From an uncultured virus (IMG/VR IMGVR_UViG_3300042397_001164) (Duplodnaviria; Heunggongvirae; Uroviricota; Caudoviricetes; Crassvirales), in the IMG/VR virus record IMGVR_UViG_3300042397_001164: a DNA stretch of 64,000 nt; one strand, written 5' to 3'. The notes beneath the pieces are model-generated. The model was not told where the DNA came from. It searched no databases and worked only from the letters and a program-made list of their open reading frames with translations. Made by a program: the position numbers and the translations under genes. Each line of letters opens with the position of its first letter. The stretch's first letter is position 1. Positions 55,043 through 63,998 of the stretch are shown piece after piece.

Positions 55043-57091
55043 TTAATTAAAAGAAGGAACGTAGCTTTTTACCAATGGTTCTCTCTTTGGCTGTTTTATA
55101 ATAGGCTCCATTAAACAAACTATAAGCATCAAAAATGACACAGTTATGTCATAGTCTGTTCTATTATTTGGATCAAATTTTTTGGCATCTTCTAGTAAAT
55201 TCTCAAAATCTATAGAATTTATATGAGATTCAAAGTACATAATACCAACATCCGCTTGTTTTGTTAAACTAAATGGAGTAGTAGGGAATCCCTTGTATCT
55301 TTCTGCTGTTTCTCTTTTTGATGGATCTATTGTAGAAATAGGGTAAGAACCTAAATACCCAACTCTGCCTCTTTCCCTAAAATAAGATAAATAATCATCA
55401 CTATTATGCTCATACCAAGCTTGATAACCATAATATTCAGCAGCCAAAAGTACCTGTTCGTGCAATGTTTCTTTGATATGCGGCCTTCCATACAAATGCC
55501 CTATAGCCTTACCAGTATTAGATGGATCTAACAAATTGTACCTTCTGCCAATCCAAGCTGATGCCTTAGATCCATATTTACCTCCTTGACTATTACTATA
55601 TCCGTCAATTGCGATAGCGCCATCATCTGTCCTTCCGGGCTTTTTTGTTCTAATATCAAACACATGGCTGTTCTCTTTTCCAACAGGTGGGAATTGAGTA
55701 ATAACCCAATGAAAATCTTCTTCTTTTTCATTGATATTTCTCCATTTGACAGTTTGGTCAATATCTCTGTAAAATACAATATGACGCTTTAATACAGGGT
55801 TTTCTTTTAAATAAGACTCTCTTGCGCTAATATTCATTACATTAAATATACAGCCGTCAGCATCTGTACTAAATGCCTCATCAATCGTTAGTGGCTCTTT
55901 TCTAATACGAGCCGATAATGCTCTTGGGTTATTTTTAACTGTTTCCCTATCTGCTTCAATTTGCAATAAAGTTTTTTCTTCATCTGGAAATCCAAAATCA
56001 TCAAAGTTTCTTGTTCTTTTAGCAGACATAAAAAATCTATACAAACCACTTGATGTAGCTCCATTTTGTTGTCTTTTCTCCTGATTACTTTCTTCCCATA
56101 ACAACTTAAATGCATCCTGAACTCCATCTTTTTCAGATGTAAGCTTTTCTACAGTAGTAGTATAAAGAGCTTTACCAATGATTTTACCTTCATCATCTAA
56201 TAAGCAATAACGAACAACCTCGTGTCTATCATATACGTTTACTTCAGTTGTTTTACCACACTCGTCCGCTACATATCTATGCAACTTCTGTCCATCATAA
56301 GCTACTGTATCAGCAGACTGATGGTCAATAACTGAACCTAATTCATCTTTATCTACATTCTCCTCTGCCTTCTTTCCTCTTACGTTTGTTTTCTGAAATC
56401 TCATTTCAGACTTTGGATTAACCCCCAAAGACATATCATATTCAGGTCTAAAAAACTTAGGAAGCCTCCTAAATGGATTCACAACTGTCTTAGCAAAGAA
56501 CTTCTTAGCATCAGAACCTGTTTTAGATTGAATACCACCATTTGTCATTTTAGTTCTGGTAGTATATTCTGTAACAAACAAACCAGCCACAAAAGACTTA
56601 CCAAAACGTCTTTTTGTAACCTCAAGCATGCCCATACAAAGCGGATCCTGTATGCAATAATCCATAAAATAGAACTTTTCTAGGTCTGGCATCCTGAATT
56701 TAGGATATCCAATATCTATACTCCACCATTGCAAATACAAATAGTGCATGCCAGTTAAATAAGTCGGCTTGCCATTATTCATGTACCAAAAACCATTTAA
56801 TCTTCTATCCCACTCTTGCTTCTTAAATTCTTCCAGCTTCTCATCATAGAACTCCGGAGCCTCATCTTTTTTCTTTTTATCATACTCATCCCATTCTTTC
56901 ATAGTATCTGCATACCAAGATGGTAGCGGTATTCTTTTCCAGTATTGCTCTGATTGAACATCTGACCTTTGATAAACACCTCTAAACTCAACCTGCTTAG
57001 TCAATATATTGAATACATATCCTTCAGGTGGAAGATTACAATCTAACCCCTGAATGTGAATCGTGGAACCTTTTTCAATTTTTTCGTACAT
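55043..57091 (-). CDS. terL: Terminase large subunit
   Basis: YLTGMHYLYLQW, Walker A KRRFGKS, Walker B YVADECGK, RNase H-like AIDGY...YD. Confidence 0.9.
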   Translation of the reverse strand: MYEKIEKGSTIHIQGLDCNLPPEGYVFNILTKQVEFRGVYQRSDVQSEQYWKRIPLPSWYADTMKEWDEYDKKKKDEAPEFYDEKLEEFKKQEWDRRLNGFWYMNNGKPTYLTGMHYLYLQWWSIDIGYPKFRMPDLEKFYFMDYCIQDPLCMGMLEVTKRRFGKSFVAGLFVTEYTTRTKMTNGGIQSKTGSDAKKFFAKTVVNPFRRLPKFFRPEYDMSLGVNPKSEMRFQKTNVRGKKAEENVDKDELGSVIDHQSADTVAYDGQKLHRYVADECGKTTEVNVYDRHEVVRYCLLDDEGKIIGKALYTTTVEKLTSEKDGVQDAFKLLWEESNQEKRQQNGATSSGLYRFFMSAKRTRNFDDFGFPDEEKTLLQIEADRETVKNNPRALSARIRKEPLTIDEAFSTDADGCIFNVMNISARESYLKENPVLKRHIVFYRDIDQTVKWRNINEKEEDFHWVITQFPPVGKENSHVFDIRTKKPGRTDDGAIAIDGYSNSQGGKYGSKASAWIGRRYNLLDPSNTGKAIGHLYGRPHIKETLHEQVLLAAEYYGYQAWYEHNSDDYLSYFRERGRVGYLGSYPISTIDPSKRETAERYKGFPTTPFSLTKQADVGIMYFESHINSIDFENLLEDAKKFDPNNRTDYDITVSFLMLIVCLMEPIIKQPKREPLVKSYVPSFN

Positions 57092-57092
57092 A

Positions 57093-57479
57093 TTATGAGC
57101 GTTTGCCTGCTAATTCACCAATTTCATCAGCAACACTTTCTGGTGAAAAAGGTCTTTTATTTATTACAACAGCCTCTTTTTTACTTTCTTTTCCTTCCTG
57201 ATTAATCCCAGCGGATATTTCTAATGCTCTAATAGATTCAGTAATTGTACCAGCTTCAGACCAAAGTTTCTGAAGTCTTTCAAATGATTTATCTTTTGGA
57301 TCAATTAATTCAATATCCAATAAATTAATCCTATTCAATAACTCAGCCATTTCATTTGCCTTCCTTTGCAAACTATAATAAAGCTTAATTGCACCATCTT
57401 GTTCATAATAAGCTAGTTTACCCATTAAATAGGCATTTGATTTTTCTAACTCTTTTATTTTTTGCTCTAATTCAGACAT
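57093..57479 (-). CDS. Hypothetical helical protein (possible small terminase)
   Basis: 128 aa, directly upstream of TerL. Confidence 0.5.
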   Translation of the reverse strand: MSELEQKIKELEKSNAYLMGKLAYYEQDGAIKLYYSLQRKANEMAELLNRINLLDIELIDPKDKSFERLQKLWSEAGTITESIRALEISAGINQEGKESKKEAVVINKRPFSPESVADEIGELAGKRS

Positions 57480-58162
57480 ATTACGTCAGGGGTTGTTATT
57501 ACTAATCTTGATGCATCAGAAATTCCATATCCAATTAAAACTTCATTGTTAATTACTCTTGATGTTAAATTATGATCAATAGCAATTACCTCATTCCTTT
57601 CATGGCCTTCTGGATAATATCTTAATCTAATTATTTTACCTTCAGTGCCATCATCATTTTGATAAATAATTTCATAATCACTTGATATTAATGTAGTTAC
57701 AACCTTCCCGATTAAATCTCCACTTGTAACATATATTTTATTTTTAATCAAAGTAGGTGGTATGCCTTCTAAAAATCCATTATACGGCTCAAAAACTCTT
57801 AACCCTGTAACAAAATTATTAAGTGGCTGCCAAGCTTGATTTTGACCATTTCTCCATAAGAAACATTCTTCAATAGGTATTGAGAAATACTGAATATCTG
57901 AAGATGCCTCAGCTGTTGGTCTTAAATAATTAAAAAGCTTGTATGTGTCGTGCGTAGCATTATGATGTATCAGTATTTCAGCACCTTCAGGAATATCCTT
58001 AGCTGCCACAACTGTTGCGTTTACTGGTTTAACGTAACGCATATTAAAATTATCATAAACTCTTTCAAGCTTAATTTTAGTACCATCCTTGAAAGTATGG
58101 CTGTTTTTACTTTCTAAATCAACTTTAATAATAACTCTATTTGACGGAGCGATTAATTTCAT
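57467..58162 (-). CDS. GroES-like domain protein
   Basis: IAPSNRVIIKV...GTKIKL...ATVVA...GAEILIHHN, a GroES-like topology, apparently duplicated. Confidence 0.55.
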   Translation of the reverse strand: MKLIAPSNRVIIKVDLESKNSHTFKDGTKIKLERVYDNFNMRYVKPVNATVVAAKDIPEGAEILIHHNATHDTYKLFNYLRPTAEASSDIQYFSIPIEECFLWRNGQNQAWQPLNNFVTGLRVFEPYNGFLEGIPPTLIKNKIYVTSGDLIGKVVTTLISSDYEIIYQNDDGTEGKIIRLRYYPEGHERNEVIAIDHNLTSRVINNEVLIGYGISDASRLVITTPDVICLN

Positions 58163-58168
58163 ATTTAA

Positions 58169-58239
58169 TTAATTTAATTCAAAGGTAGTGATTTTATTAA
58201 CTTAATCAATTTTTAATTGCATAAAATGCATTATATTTG
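58169..58239. promoter_or_regulatory. Divergent promoter pair
   Basis: TACCTTTG (- strand, 58180-58187) and TATATTTG (+ strand, 58232-58239); box-like TTAATTTAATTCA at 58169-58181. Confidence 0.7.
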
Positions 58240-58283
58240 TATTGCCCAAAAAAAAATTCATAACAATAAAAACAATTTAAAAA

Positions 58284-58661
58284 ATGGCAAATCATTTATC
58301 AGTTTATGTTTATCGTAGAAATCAATACGATTTAACAAATCCTAACGGTACTGCTGCAACTAGCGGTGTTTTATTTTCTTTACCAACAGCCGACTTACAG
58401 GTTCAACCATCTACAGTTGTAGCAAATGGTGTACAGATGAACTCTTTAATTCTCATCTATCCTAGTGGTTTAAATCAACCAGCTGAAAAATTATACAGCA
58501 ATGCAACTGTTGCTGGATTAATTGCAGCTATTAACGGTAGTGGTATTGCTACAACAACAACTACGACTACAACAACATCTACCACAACAACAACCACAGC
58601 GGCTCCAACCACAACAACAACCACAGCGGCTCCAACCACAACAACAACCACAGCAGCTTAA
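58284..58661 (+). CDS. Small probable virion protein with mucin-like Thr tail
   Basis: Paralog of the next gene; C-terminal TTTTTAAP repeats. Confidence 0.75.
   Translation: MANHLSVYVYRRNQYDLTNPNGTAATSGVLFSLPTADLQVQPSTVVANGVQMNSLILIYPSGLNQPAEKLYSNATVAGLIAAINGSGIATTTTTTTTTSTTTTTTAAPTTTTTTAAPTTTTTTAA
58581..58654 (+). repeat. Perfect 27-bp tandem repeat (2.7 copies)
   Basis: ACCACAACAACAACCACAGCGGCTCCA at 58581 and 58608, partial copy at 58635. Confidence 0.9.
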
Positions 58662-58697
58662 TAAAAACAATTAAAAAACAAATAAAAACATTATAAA

Positions 58698-58961
58698 ATG
58701 GCACAAATAGTATCAATAACCGCATATCGCAGAAATCAATACGATTTATTAAACCCTAACGGAACTCCAGCAACGTCTGGTATTGCTTACGGATTCCCAG
58801 TTGAAGGATTTGTAGCTTACCCAGCTCCTTCTGGAACAGTAGCAAACGGAGTAACTATGAACTCAATAGTTGAAGTATCACCTACTGGCTTAAATCAAGT
58901 ACCAGTATTGTTTTATACAACTTCTACTGTAGCACAAATTAATTCAGCTGCAAACGCTTAA
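58698..58961 (+). CDS. Small probable virion protein (paralog of 58284..58661 without the Thr tail)
   Basis: Shared YRRNQYDLxNPNGTxATSG, VANGVxMNS and PxGLNQ. Confidence 0.75.
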   Translation: MAQIVSITAYRRNQYDLLNPNGTPATSGIAYGFPVEGFVAYPAPSGTVANGVTMNSIVEVSPTGLNQVPVLFYTTSTVAQINSAANA

Positions 58962-58968
58962 ATAAATT

Positions 58969-58996
58969 AGGCCCCTATTTTTTAGGGGCTTTTTTA
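58969..58996 (+). terminator. Intrinsic terminator between convergent genes
   Basis: GCCCCTA/TAGGGGC stem followed by a T-tract. Confidence 0.75.
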
Positions 58997-59118
58997 TTTT
59001 CTTTATATACTGTTTTTAGATTTTTGTAGATTCTTTCTGCATCATCAATAGTCTTGCCTGAACCGGCAGCTAGGGCAACAGATAATCTTCTTAGTTTTTT
59101 GGCGGCTTTGTTATTCAT
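58975..59118 (-). CDS. Small basic protein
   Basis: MNNKAAKKLRRL...; start moved to the ATG at 59118. Confidence 0.6.
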   Translation of the reverse strand: MNNKAAKKLRRLSVALAAGSGKTIDDAERIYKNLKTVYKENKKAPKK

Positions 59119-59120
59119 AG

Positions 59121-59387
59121 TTAGTATTGATTTACAAAAATTGGTGTTTGTTCTCCAACGTAAGCATTGAAGCAATTGTATTCTAAAAATTCCCAAGCAT
59201 CTTCTTCAGTCATTTCGGGATCCATATTCAATAATAAATCAACCATAATTTCTTTAGAGTACACAAGCTGACCATTATCCGTTAATCCAAGAATAGCTTT
59301 ATCATAACCGTCTGTGCTTCCATCAAACCCATCAGGTTTTAATGCCAAACATTCTTCGGCCATTTGTAAAATTAATTCCAAATCCAT
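59121..59387 (-). CDS. Conserved acidic phage protein
   Basis: DGYDKAILG, LVYS, EDAWEFLEYN...YVGEQTPIFV. Confidence 0.75.
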   Translation of the reverse strand: MDLELILQMAEECLALKPDGFDGSTDGYDKAILGLTDNGQLVYSKEIMVDLLLNMDPEMTEEDAWEFLEYNCFNAYVGEQTPIFVNQY

Positions 59388-59397
59388 ATTTTAATTT

Positions 59398-59520
59398 TTA
59401 TCTCCCCTGACCTCTGTATTCTTTAGGCTTAGGAGTGTGTTTGTTATAAGTTTTTTTCGCACTTCCTGTTTTTCTTTTACCAAATGTAATTTTTCTAGGA
59501 TCTGATTTGATTTTCGCCAT
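59398..59520 (-). CDS. 40-aa basic peptide ending YRGQGR (not in ORF track)
   Basis: Translated by hand: MAKIKSDPRKITFGKRKTGSAKKTYNKHTPKPKEYRGQGR. Confidence 0.7.
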   Translation of the reverse strand: MAKIKSDPRKITFGKRKTGSAKKTYNKHTPKPKEYRGQGR

Positions 59521-59794
59521 TTTGCTCTTTTTTAAGGATTAATTGGTACGAATATAAACCATTTTTTTCATATCTTTTATTCAGAGAATGACCCCCAAAC
59601 TTTTCTTTCCTAAAATCCCTTAACCCAGCAGATACTGAAGCTTCAGGAATACCGGTAAAATGAGATATTTCCCCAAGAGTCCTATAAACAGAGTCTTTCA
59701 TTAACTCTCTTAATTTATAATGGTTATTTGCCAATCTTTGGTAATCCCTTTCTTTTACATAATCAGCACCATCAAATTGTAGTTCTTGTTGCAT
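59495..59794 (-). CDS. Winged-HTH DNA-binding protein
   Basis: RTLGEISHFTGIPEASVSAGLRDFRK. Confidence 0.7.
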   Translation of the reverse strand: MQQELQFDGADYVKERDYQRLANNHYKLRELMKDSVYRTLGEISHFTGIPEASVSAGLRDFRKEKFGGHSLNKRYEKNGLYSYQLILKKEQNGENQIRS

Positions 59795-59798
59795 AATA

Positions 59799-60020
59799 CT
59801 ATTTATTTTTAAAGTAATCTAAGTCAATACTTCCGCCGTCCATCTTATTTGGGTAGACGATAATGTCGGTGTCGTAAAAGTTCCGCACGATACCACTGTC
59901 GTGTAATATAACTTTCCAAACGGTGTTGACTTCGCTTCCGTAATCAATCCATGCGATTGCTTTTCCTTTTCCGAGTGGGGTATGGACATCTATTATATTT
60001 TTAAGTTCATGAATATACAT
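59799..60020 (-). CDS. Hypothetical protein
   Basis: 73 aa; VHTPLGKG.A...IDYG. Confidence 0.7.
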   Translation of the reverse strand: MYIHELKNIIDVHTPLGKGKAIAWIDYGSEVNTVWKVILHDSGIVRNFYDTDIIVYPNKMDGGSIDLDYFKNK

Positions 60021-60358
60021 TAAAATGGAGCTTCTTCTTGTTTACCAGATAGTAATTGAAGGCTTGCCACTCTTGCGTGCAATTGAGCAATAGTTTCATT
60101 TGTACTATTATTCAAATAAGTTTTAGCTTCTGGTTTGCCTTCCATATAAATCAAGGTACCTTTTTTTAAATAATTTGCAACATTTATTTTTTCTGTCCAA
60201 TAAGCACAAGAAATCCAAGTCGTTTTATCAACCTCTTGACCATCTTGTTTTTTAAATTTTTCACTGTAAGCCATTGAGAAATTAATCACCGTCTTACCAT
60301 TCACATTGTTTACGATTGCATCTTGTCCTAATCTTCCGATTACTGAAATTCTAATCAT
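60020..60358 (-). CDS. ssb: Single-stranded DNA-binding protein
   Basis: IGRLGQDA, TTWISC, YLKKGTLIYMEG, acidic C-terminal EEAPF. Confidence 0.92.
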   Translation of the reverse strand: MIRISVIGRLGQDAIVNNVNGKTVINFSMAYSEKFKKQDGQEVDKTTWISCAYWTEKINVANYLKKGTLIYMEGKPEAKTYLNNSTNETIAQLHARVASLQLLSGKQEEAPF

Positions 60359-60378
60359 TGTTTTGTTTTTTATAGTTA

Positions 60379-62244
60379 TTAAAATATTACTTCTTCGCCA
60401 TCATCATTTTTGTACGGAAGCCAAGCCTGACTTGCTTCTTTACGCTTCCAAAAATCATAACTTTTTTTATTTAACATATCTTGTATAAAATCTTTCCCTT
60501 CAATAAAAAATCTTCTCCTTTCCCATAAATATTCAACTAGCATAAAACCTTTTCTACCAACACTTTTCTTTTTAATTTTTTTAGAATGAAATTCTGCTAA
60601 AGGATTATTTGGATCTGTTTGCGCAAACGGTCTATGATAAACAGTTATATTATCCATTTTATTATTCCACATTGCACCGTCTGCAATATCAAATACATCT
60701 GGACATTTATAGTTGCCTGACCTATCTCTTTCCATTAATTTAGGATGTGCTACAATCCAAAAATACACATCATTTTTTTTTGCAAATCTTGAGAAATCTG
60801 ATAACAATGTTTCAAGATATTTATCAGTTCTACCACCAAAACCTTTATAGTCATTTGTCATTTGGTTGAATGGATCAATACAACAGAAGTCAACCTTTTC
60901 TTGAACAATCAACTCAAGAAACTTCTCTTTGATATACTGAGGAGTAGGAGAAAGCATTTCTGCGCTGATGTAAAAAATATGCTTTGATATAAAATCATAG
61001 GCAGCTTCGTATATTTCATTTGATGGTCTATTTGGATTAAAAGGTGTACACTCACATCCCAATAACATCTCCACATAATCATGAAAATATTCTTCAGCTG
61101 GAGTATCTTCTGGTGAAAATGTAGCTACCTTTTCGCCGTACATAATGATTCTTGATAAAATCTGTGATTTCTGCCAAGCGGTTTTACCGTAGTTACCAAT
61201 ACCAGTCAAAAGGGTAATTTCCCCTCTTTTTGGTTTAAATAAATAATCCATTTCAGGTACACCTATACCCATAATCTTCTCAAAACCCTTTTCATTGATT
61301 GATAAAGCCCTATCTTTTACATCAATACCATACACAACATCTTCAATCCTGTAATTTTCACCATTTTCTTCTGTAAATTCCTTCTTTACATCAATCTCAT
61401 AATTGGTTGTTTTATTAACAAGCTTTTCTTTCTGGATAGAAGCTGTTCCAAAATTGCCTCTATTTGCCCTATATCCGCTCTTTACGGCACTTTTCATCTC
61501 CGACATAGTAAAGTCATTACTTACGGTATATTCTGCCGAAATAAGGCCTAATGCGGCGTTTTCTTCAATACCGAACCTGCAACATGCTGATGCCAACTTA
61601 AAAATATAGGTATTTCGCTCACCAGTTACGAATGCATCGTTCTTGTTGGTAAGCCATTTAAGTATTCTACGAAAGTTTTCGGAATCATCTAAGTTCTGAG
61701 TTTCAGAAACAATGATTTTTTCAATTTTCTTAGCTTTTGCAAATACAGTAGCCTTATCGTTTATGTAAATATCAGCATCAAAACTCTCATAGCAAACTCT
61801 ACTTACGTTAATTCCGCTCCTATCAATCTCCGGGAAAACCTCTTGTAATGACTGGAAATGTTCTCTATGCTTTGAACCATCGGCTATCTTTACCAATGCT
61901 TTTAGGCCATTACCAGATGGGCTTACCCAACATGCATAAACAAAATCATTAGAAATAATTTCTGTTTGCTTATCCCTTAAATCAGAAATATCATCAAAGT
62001 CAAGCACAATAAATCCGCTATGCTCAATAAGTTGCTCATCCTTTCTATCTGCTCCAAACTTTCCACTGAAACATACTGAAGGTAAATTTAATTTAATTTT
62101 ATTAGCCTTTTCCTTATCAAGTGTATTTCTAATTTCAGTAACCAGTTCTTTACTTGAACCAGTTTTAATTCTTTCTAAAGCTTTTTCAATCGTTATAAAA
62201 TGTGGTTCCTTGCTAAAAATGTTTTTAAAAATAGTAGCTATCAT
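60379..62244 (-). CDS. Primase-helicase (BT4734/VirE-N-like, PriCT, SF4 DnaB/Twinkle-like helicase)
   Basis: KLNLPSVCFSGKF, LDFD, SPSGNGLK; GERN; Walker A GIGNYGKT, IDPFN, IVAHP. Confidence 0.85.
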   Translation of the reverse strand: MIATIFKNIFSKEPHFITIEKALERIKTGSSKELVTEIRNTLDKEKANKIKLNLPSVCFSGKFGADRKDEQLIEHSGFIVLDFDDISDLRDKQTEIISNDFVYACWVSPSGNGLKALVKIADGSKHREHFQSLQEVFPEIDRSGINVSRVCYESFDADIYINDKATVFAKAKKIEKIIVSETQNLDDSENFRRILKWLTNKNDAFVTGERNTYIFKLASACCRFGIEENAALGLISAEYTVSNDFTMSEMKSAVKSGYRANRGNFGTASIQKEKLVNKTTNYEIDVKKEFTEENGENYRIEDVVYGIDVKDRALSINEKGFEKIMGIGVPEMDYLFKPKRGEITLLTGIGNYGKTAWQKSQILSRIIMYGEKVATFSPEDTPAEEYFHDYVEMLLGCECTPFNPNRPSNEIYEAAYDFISKHIFYISAEMLSPTPQYIKEKFLELIVQEKVDFCCIDPFNQMTNDYKGFGGRTDKYLETLLSDFSRFAKKNDVYFWIVAHPKLMERDRSGNYKCPDVFDIADGAMWNNKMDNITVYHRPFAQTDPNNPLAEFHSKKIKKKSVGRKGFMLVEYLWERRRFFIEGKDFIQDMLNKKSYDFWKRKEASQAWLPYKNDDGEEVIF

Positions 62245-62248
62245 CGTA

Positions 62249-62980
62249 TTAATTTAAAGTTTTTCCTAATTCCTGTTGTCTTTTTTTGTAAGCCTCAAAA
62301 TCTCCATTTTTGTAAATCTGTGTTTTTGGTATATCAGAAGAACCAATCAATTCATCATTCCAAGAACTGTTGTTAAAGAAAGTCTGAGGATCTTTTCTAA
62401 ACTTCTTTTCTGGCTGAATCAATTTATACTTTGGGATATACTCAATTATTGAACTTCTATCATCATCCTTCATTGAATCCCATTTCTTTTTTAACTTCTC
62501 CTTATCACCAACCTTCTTGTCATATAAATCCCAAAAAATATCAAACGATATATTTATTTCTTTTATTTCCTTTCCTTTTATTTCCTTTCCTTTCCTTTCC
62601 TTTTTAGCATTGCTATCGGATTGCGTTTGCATTGCGTTCGCATTATCCCATCTATAACTTGCTGATTTTCTTGCTTTTGCGCTTTTGTCATTTCTTTGTT
62701 CTAGTCTTTCTTGAACAGAATTACTACCAAAATAATCACCATTAAAAATGAATAAATCAAAGTCATTTACTACGCTCGCTACAAGTTCGCAATCCGACCT
62801 TAAATCATACGCAATGCCTTCGTAATCCGTTCGCAATGCGTTCGCATTGTTATATAAATCTTCAACTATTGACCAAAAAACACCATACCCTTGCATACCA
62901 TGTTTCCTAATCAGCCTTTTTATCTTCTCATCATTACGAGCATTATAGTCGTGTGAGAAGTAGAATGTATCTTTTGGCAT
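62249..62980 (-). CDS. Replication initiator-like protein (DUF4373/Lin1244 N-terminus)
   Basis: YFSHDYNARNDEKI, GYGVFW, FDIFWDLY.KK, KDPQTFFN. Confidence 0.8.
   Translation of the reverse strand: MPKDTFYFSHDYNARNDEKIKRLIRKHGMQGYGVFWSIVEDLYNNANALRTDYEGIAYDLRSDCELVASVVNDFDLFIFNGDYFGSNSVQERLEQRNDKSAKARKSASYRWDNANAMQTQSDSNAKKERKGKEIKGKEIKEINISFDIFWDLYDKKVGDKEKLKKKWDSMKDDDRSSIIEYIPKYKLIQPEKKFRKDPQTFFNNSSWNDELIGSSDIPKTQIYKNGDFEAYKKRQQELGKTLN
62551..62848. other. Candidate replication origin inside the initiator gene
   Basis: TGCGTTCGCATT at 62633 and 62837; CGCAATCCGA at 62788 inverted to 62616; adjacent (TTTCC)n/AT-rich tract at 62551-62605. Confidence 0.5.
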
Positions 62981-62989
62981 TTTAAAATC

Positions 62990-63187
62990 TTAATCGTTTA
63001 TTAAATCGGTTTTTAAAGCTTCATTTATGCGCGTAATCTCACTATCCGTAAATAGTAATTTACCCTGCATTTTGCGCGATAATTCCGATTCTGGTATCTT
63101 GGCATTTAATGAAAGCCAACGCTGAGTGCGACCATCCATAGCTTCCTTGATTCGTTCATGAAGCTTCATTGTTTTGATTTCTTCCAT
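62990..63187 (-). CDS. Cro/XRE-like HTH transcriptional regulator
   Basis: GRTQRWLS..AKIPESELSRKMQG. Confidence 0.75.
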   Translation of the reverse strand: MEEIKTMKLHERIKEAMDGRTQRWLSLNAKIPESELSRKMQGKLLFTDSEITRINEALKTDLIND

Positions 63188-63206
63188 AAAGTTTATTGTT
63201 GAATAG

Positions 63207-63293
63207 CAAAAGTAGTATTAATTTTTAAATTCCCAATTATTTTTAATTTTTTTTAAAAATAATTTTGTGGTTTAATTAATTTAATTAAATTTG
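63207..63293. promoter_or_regulatory. Divergent promoter pair with box
   Basis: TACTTTTG (- strand, 63207-63214), TAAATTTG (+ strand, 63286-63293), TTAATTTAATTAA at 63276-63288. Confidence 0.7.
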
Positions 63294-63296
63294 CAA

Positions 63297-63467
63297 ATGA
63301 AAAATAGAGAATTAATATATGATTTGGCTAAAAAATTGGATTTGATAATAGAGGTTACCAAAGACGGTAAATATGCTGGTAAATATAAATTTATTAATAA
63401 AAAACTACATAAACTAAAAGAAGATGAGAAACTCAACGATAATAGTAAAGAAAAAGAGATGCGTTAG
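63297..63467 (+). CDS. Hypothetical protein (56 aa, not in ORF track)
   Basis: Translated by hand: MKNRELIYDLAKKLDLIIEVTKDGKYAGKYKFINKK...; ATG 3 nt after the -7 element. Confidence 0.55.
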   Translation: MKNRELIYDLAKKLDLIIEVTKDGKYAGKYKFINKKLHKLKEDEKLNDNSKEKEMR

Positions 63468-63960
63468 ATGCGGAAACATTGATTACCATTTTTCAAAAAA
63501 GATGTGTAAACAATGCGCTACTATTGAATCTACACAAAAAAGAATGGAAGAATTTGAAGATGATGGAGAAAGCTTTCAAAATTTAGTTTCAGATTTGGAT
63601 CATGTATTTAGCCAATACATAAGATGTAAATATGCAGATAAACAAGGTATGGTAGAATGTTATACATCTGGCAAAAAGATGAAATGGCAGGAAATACAAT
63701 GCGGTCACTTTATTCCCAGAGCAAATCTTGGCACCAGATGGTTAGAGGCTAATTGTAGACCACAATCTATGGAAGAAAATTACTTTAAAATGGGTAATTT
63801 AGAAGAATTTGAATACAAACTTGATGCAGAAAACAATGGGGTAGTAGAGTATTTGAGAGAGTTGGCCAGACAGGTTGCTAAGCCTACAAAAGAAGAGTTA
63901 AAGTCTTTAATTATTGAGTATAGATCAAAGCTGAATCTAATAAAGAAGAAATTTAATTAA
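63424..63960 (+). CDS. ninG: NinG/Rap-like HNH junction endonuclease
   Basis: LDHVFSQYIR, CYTSG, QCGHFIPR, TRW..ANCRPQ; N-terminal CxxC zinc ribbon. Confidence 0.8.
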   Translation: MRNSTIIVKKKRCVRCGNIDYHFSKKMCKQCATIESTQKRMEEFEDDGESFQNLVSDLDHVFSQYIRCKYADKQGMVECYTSGKKMKWQEIQCGHFIPRANLGTRWLEANCRPQSMEENYFKMGNLEEFEYKLDAENNGVVEYLRELARQVAKPTKEELKSLIIEYRSKLNLIKKKFN

Positions 63961-63998
63961 ATTTATTTTTTTTAATTAAATTAATTAAATTAATTTTG
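63953..63998 (+). promoter_or_regulatory. -7 promoter element with tandem TTAATTAAATTAA boxes
   Basis: Boxes at 63972-63984 and 63981-63993; TAATTTTG at 63991-63998. Confidence 0.6.
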
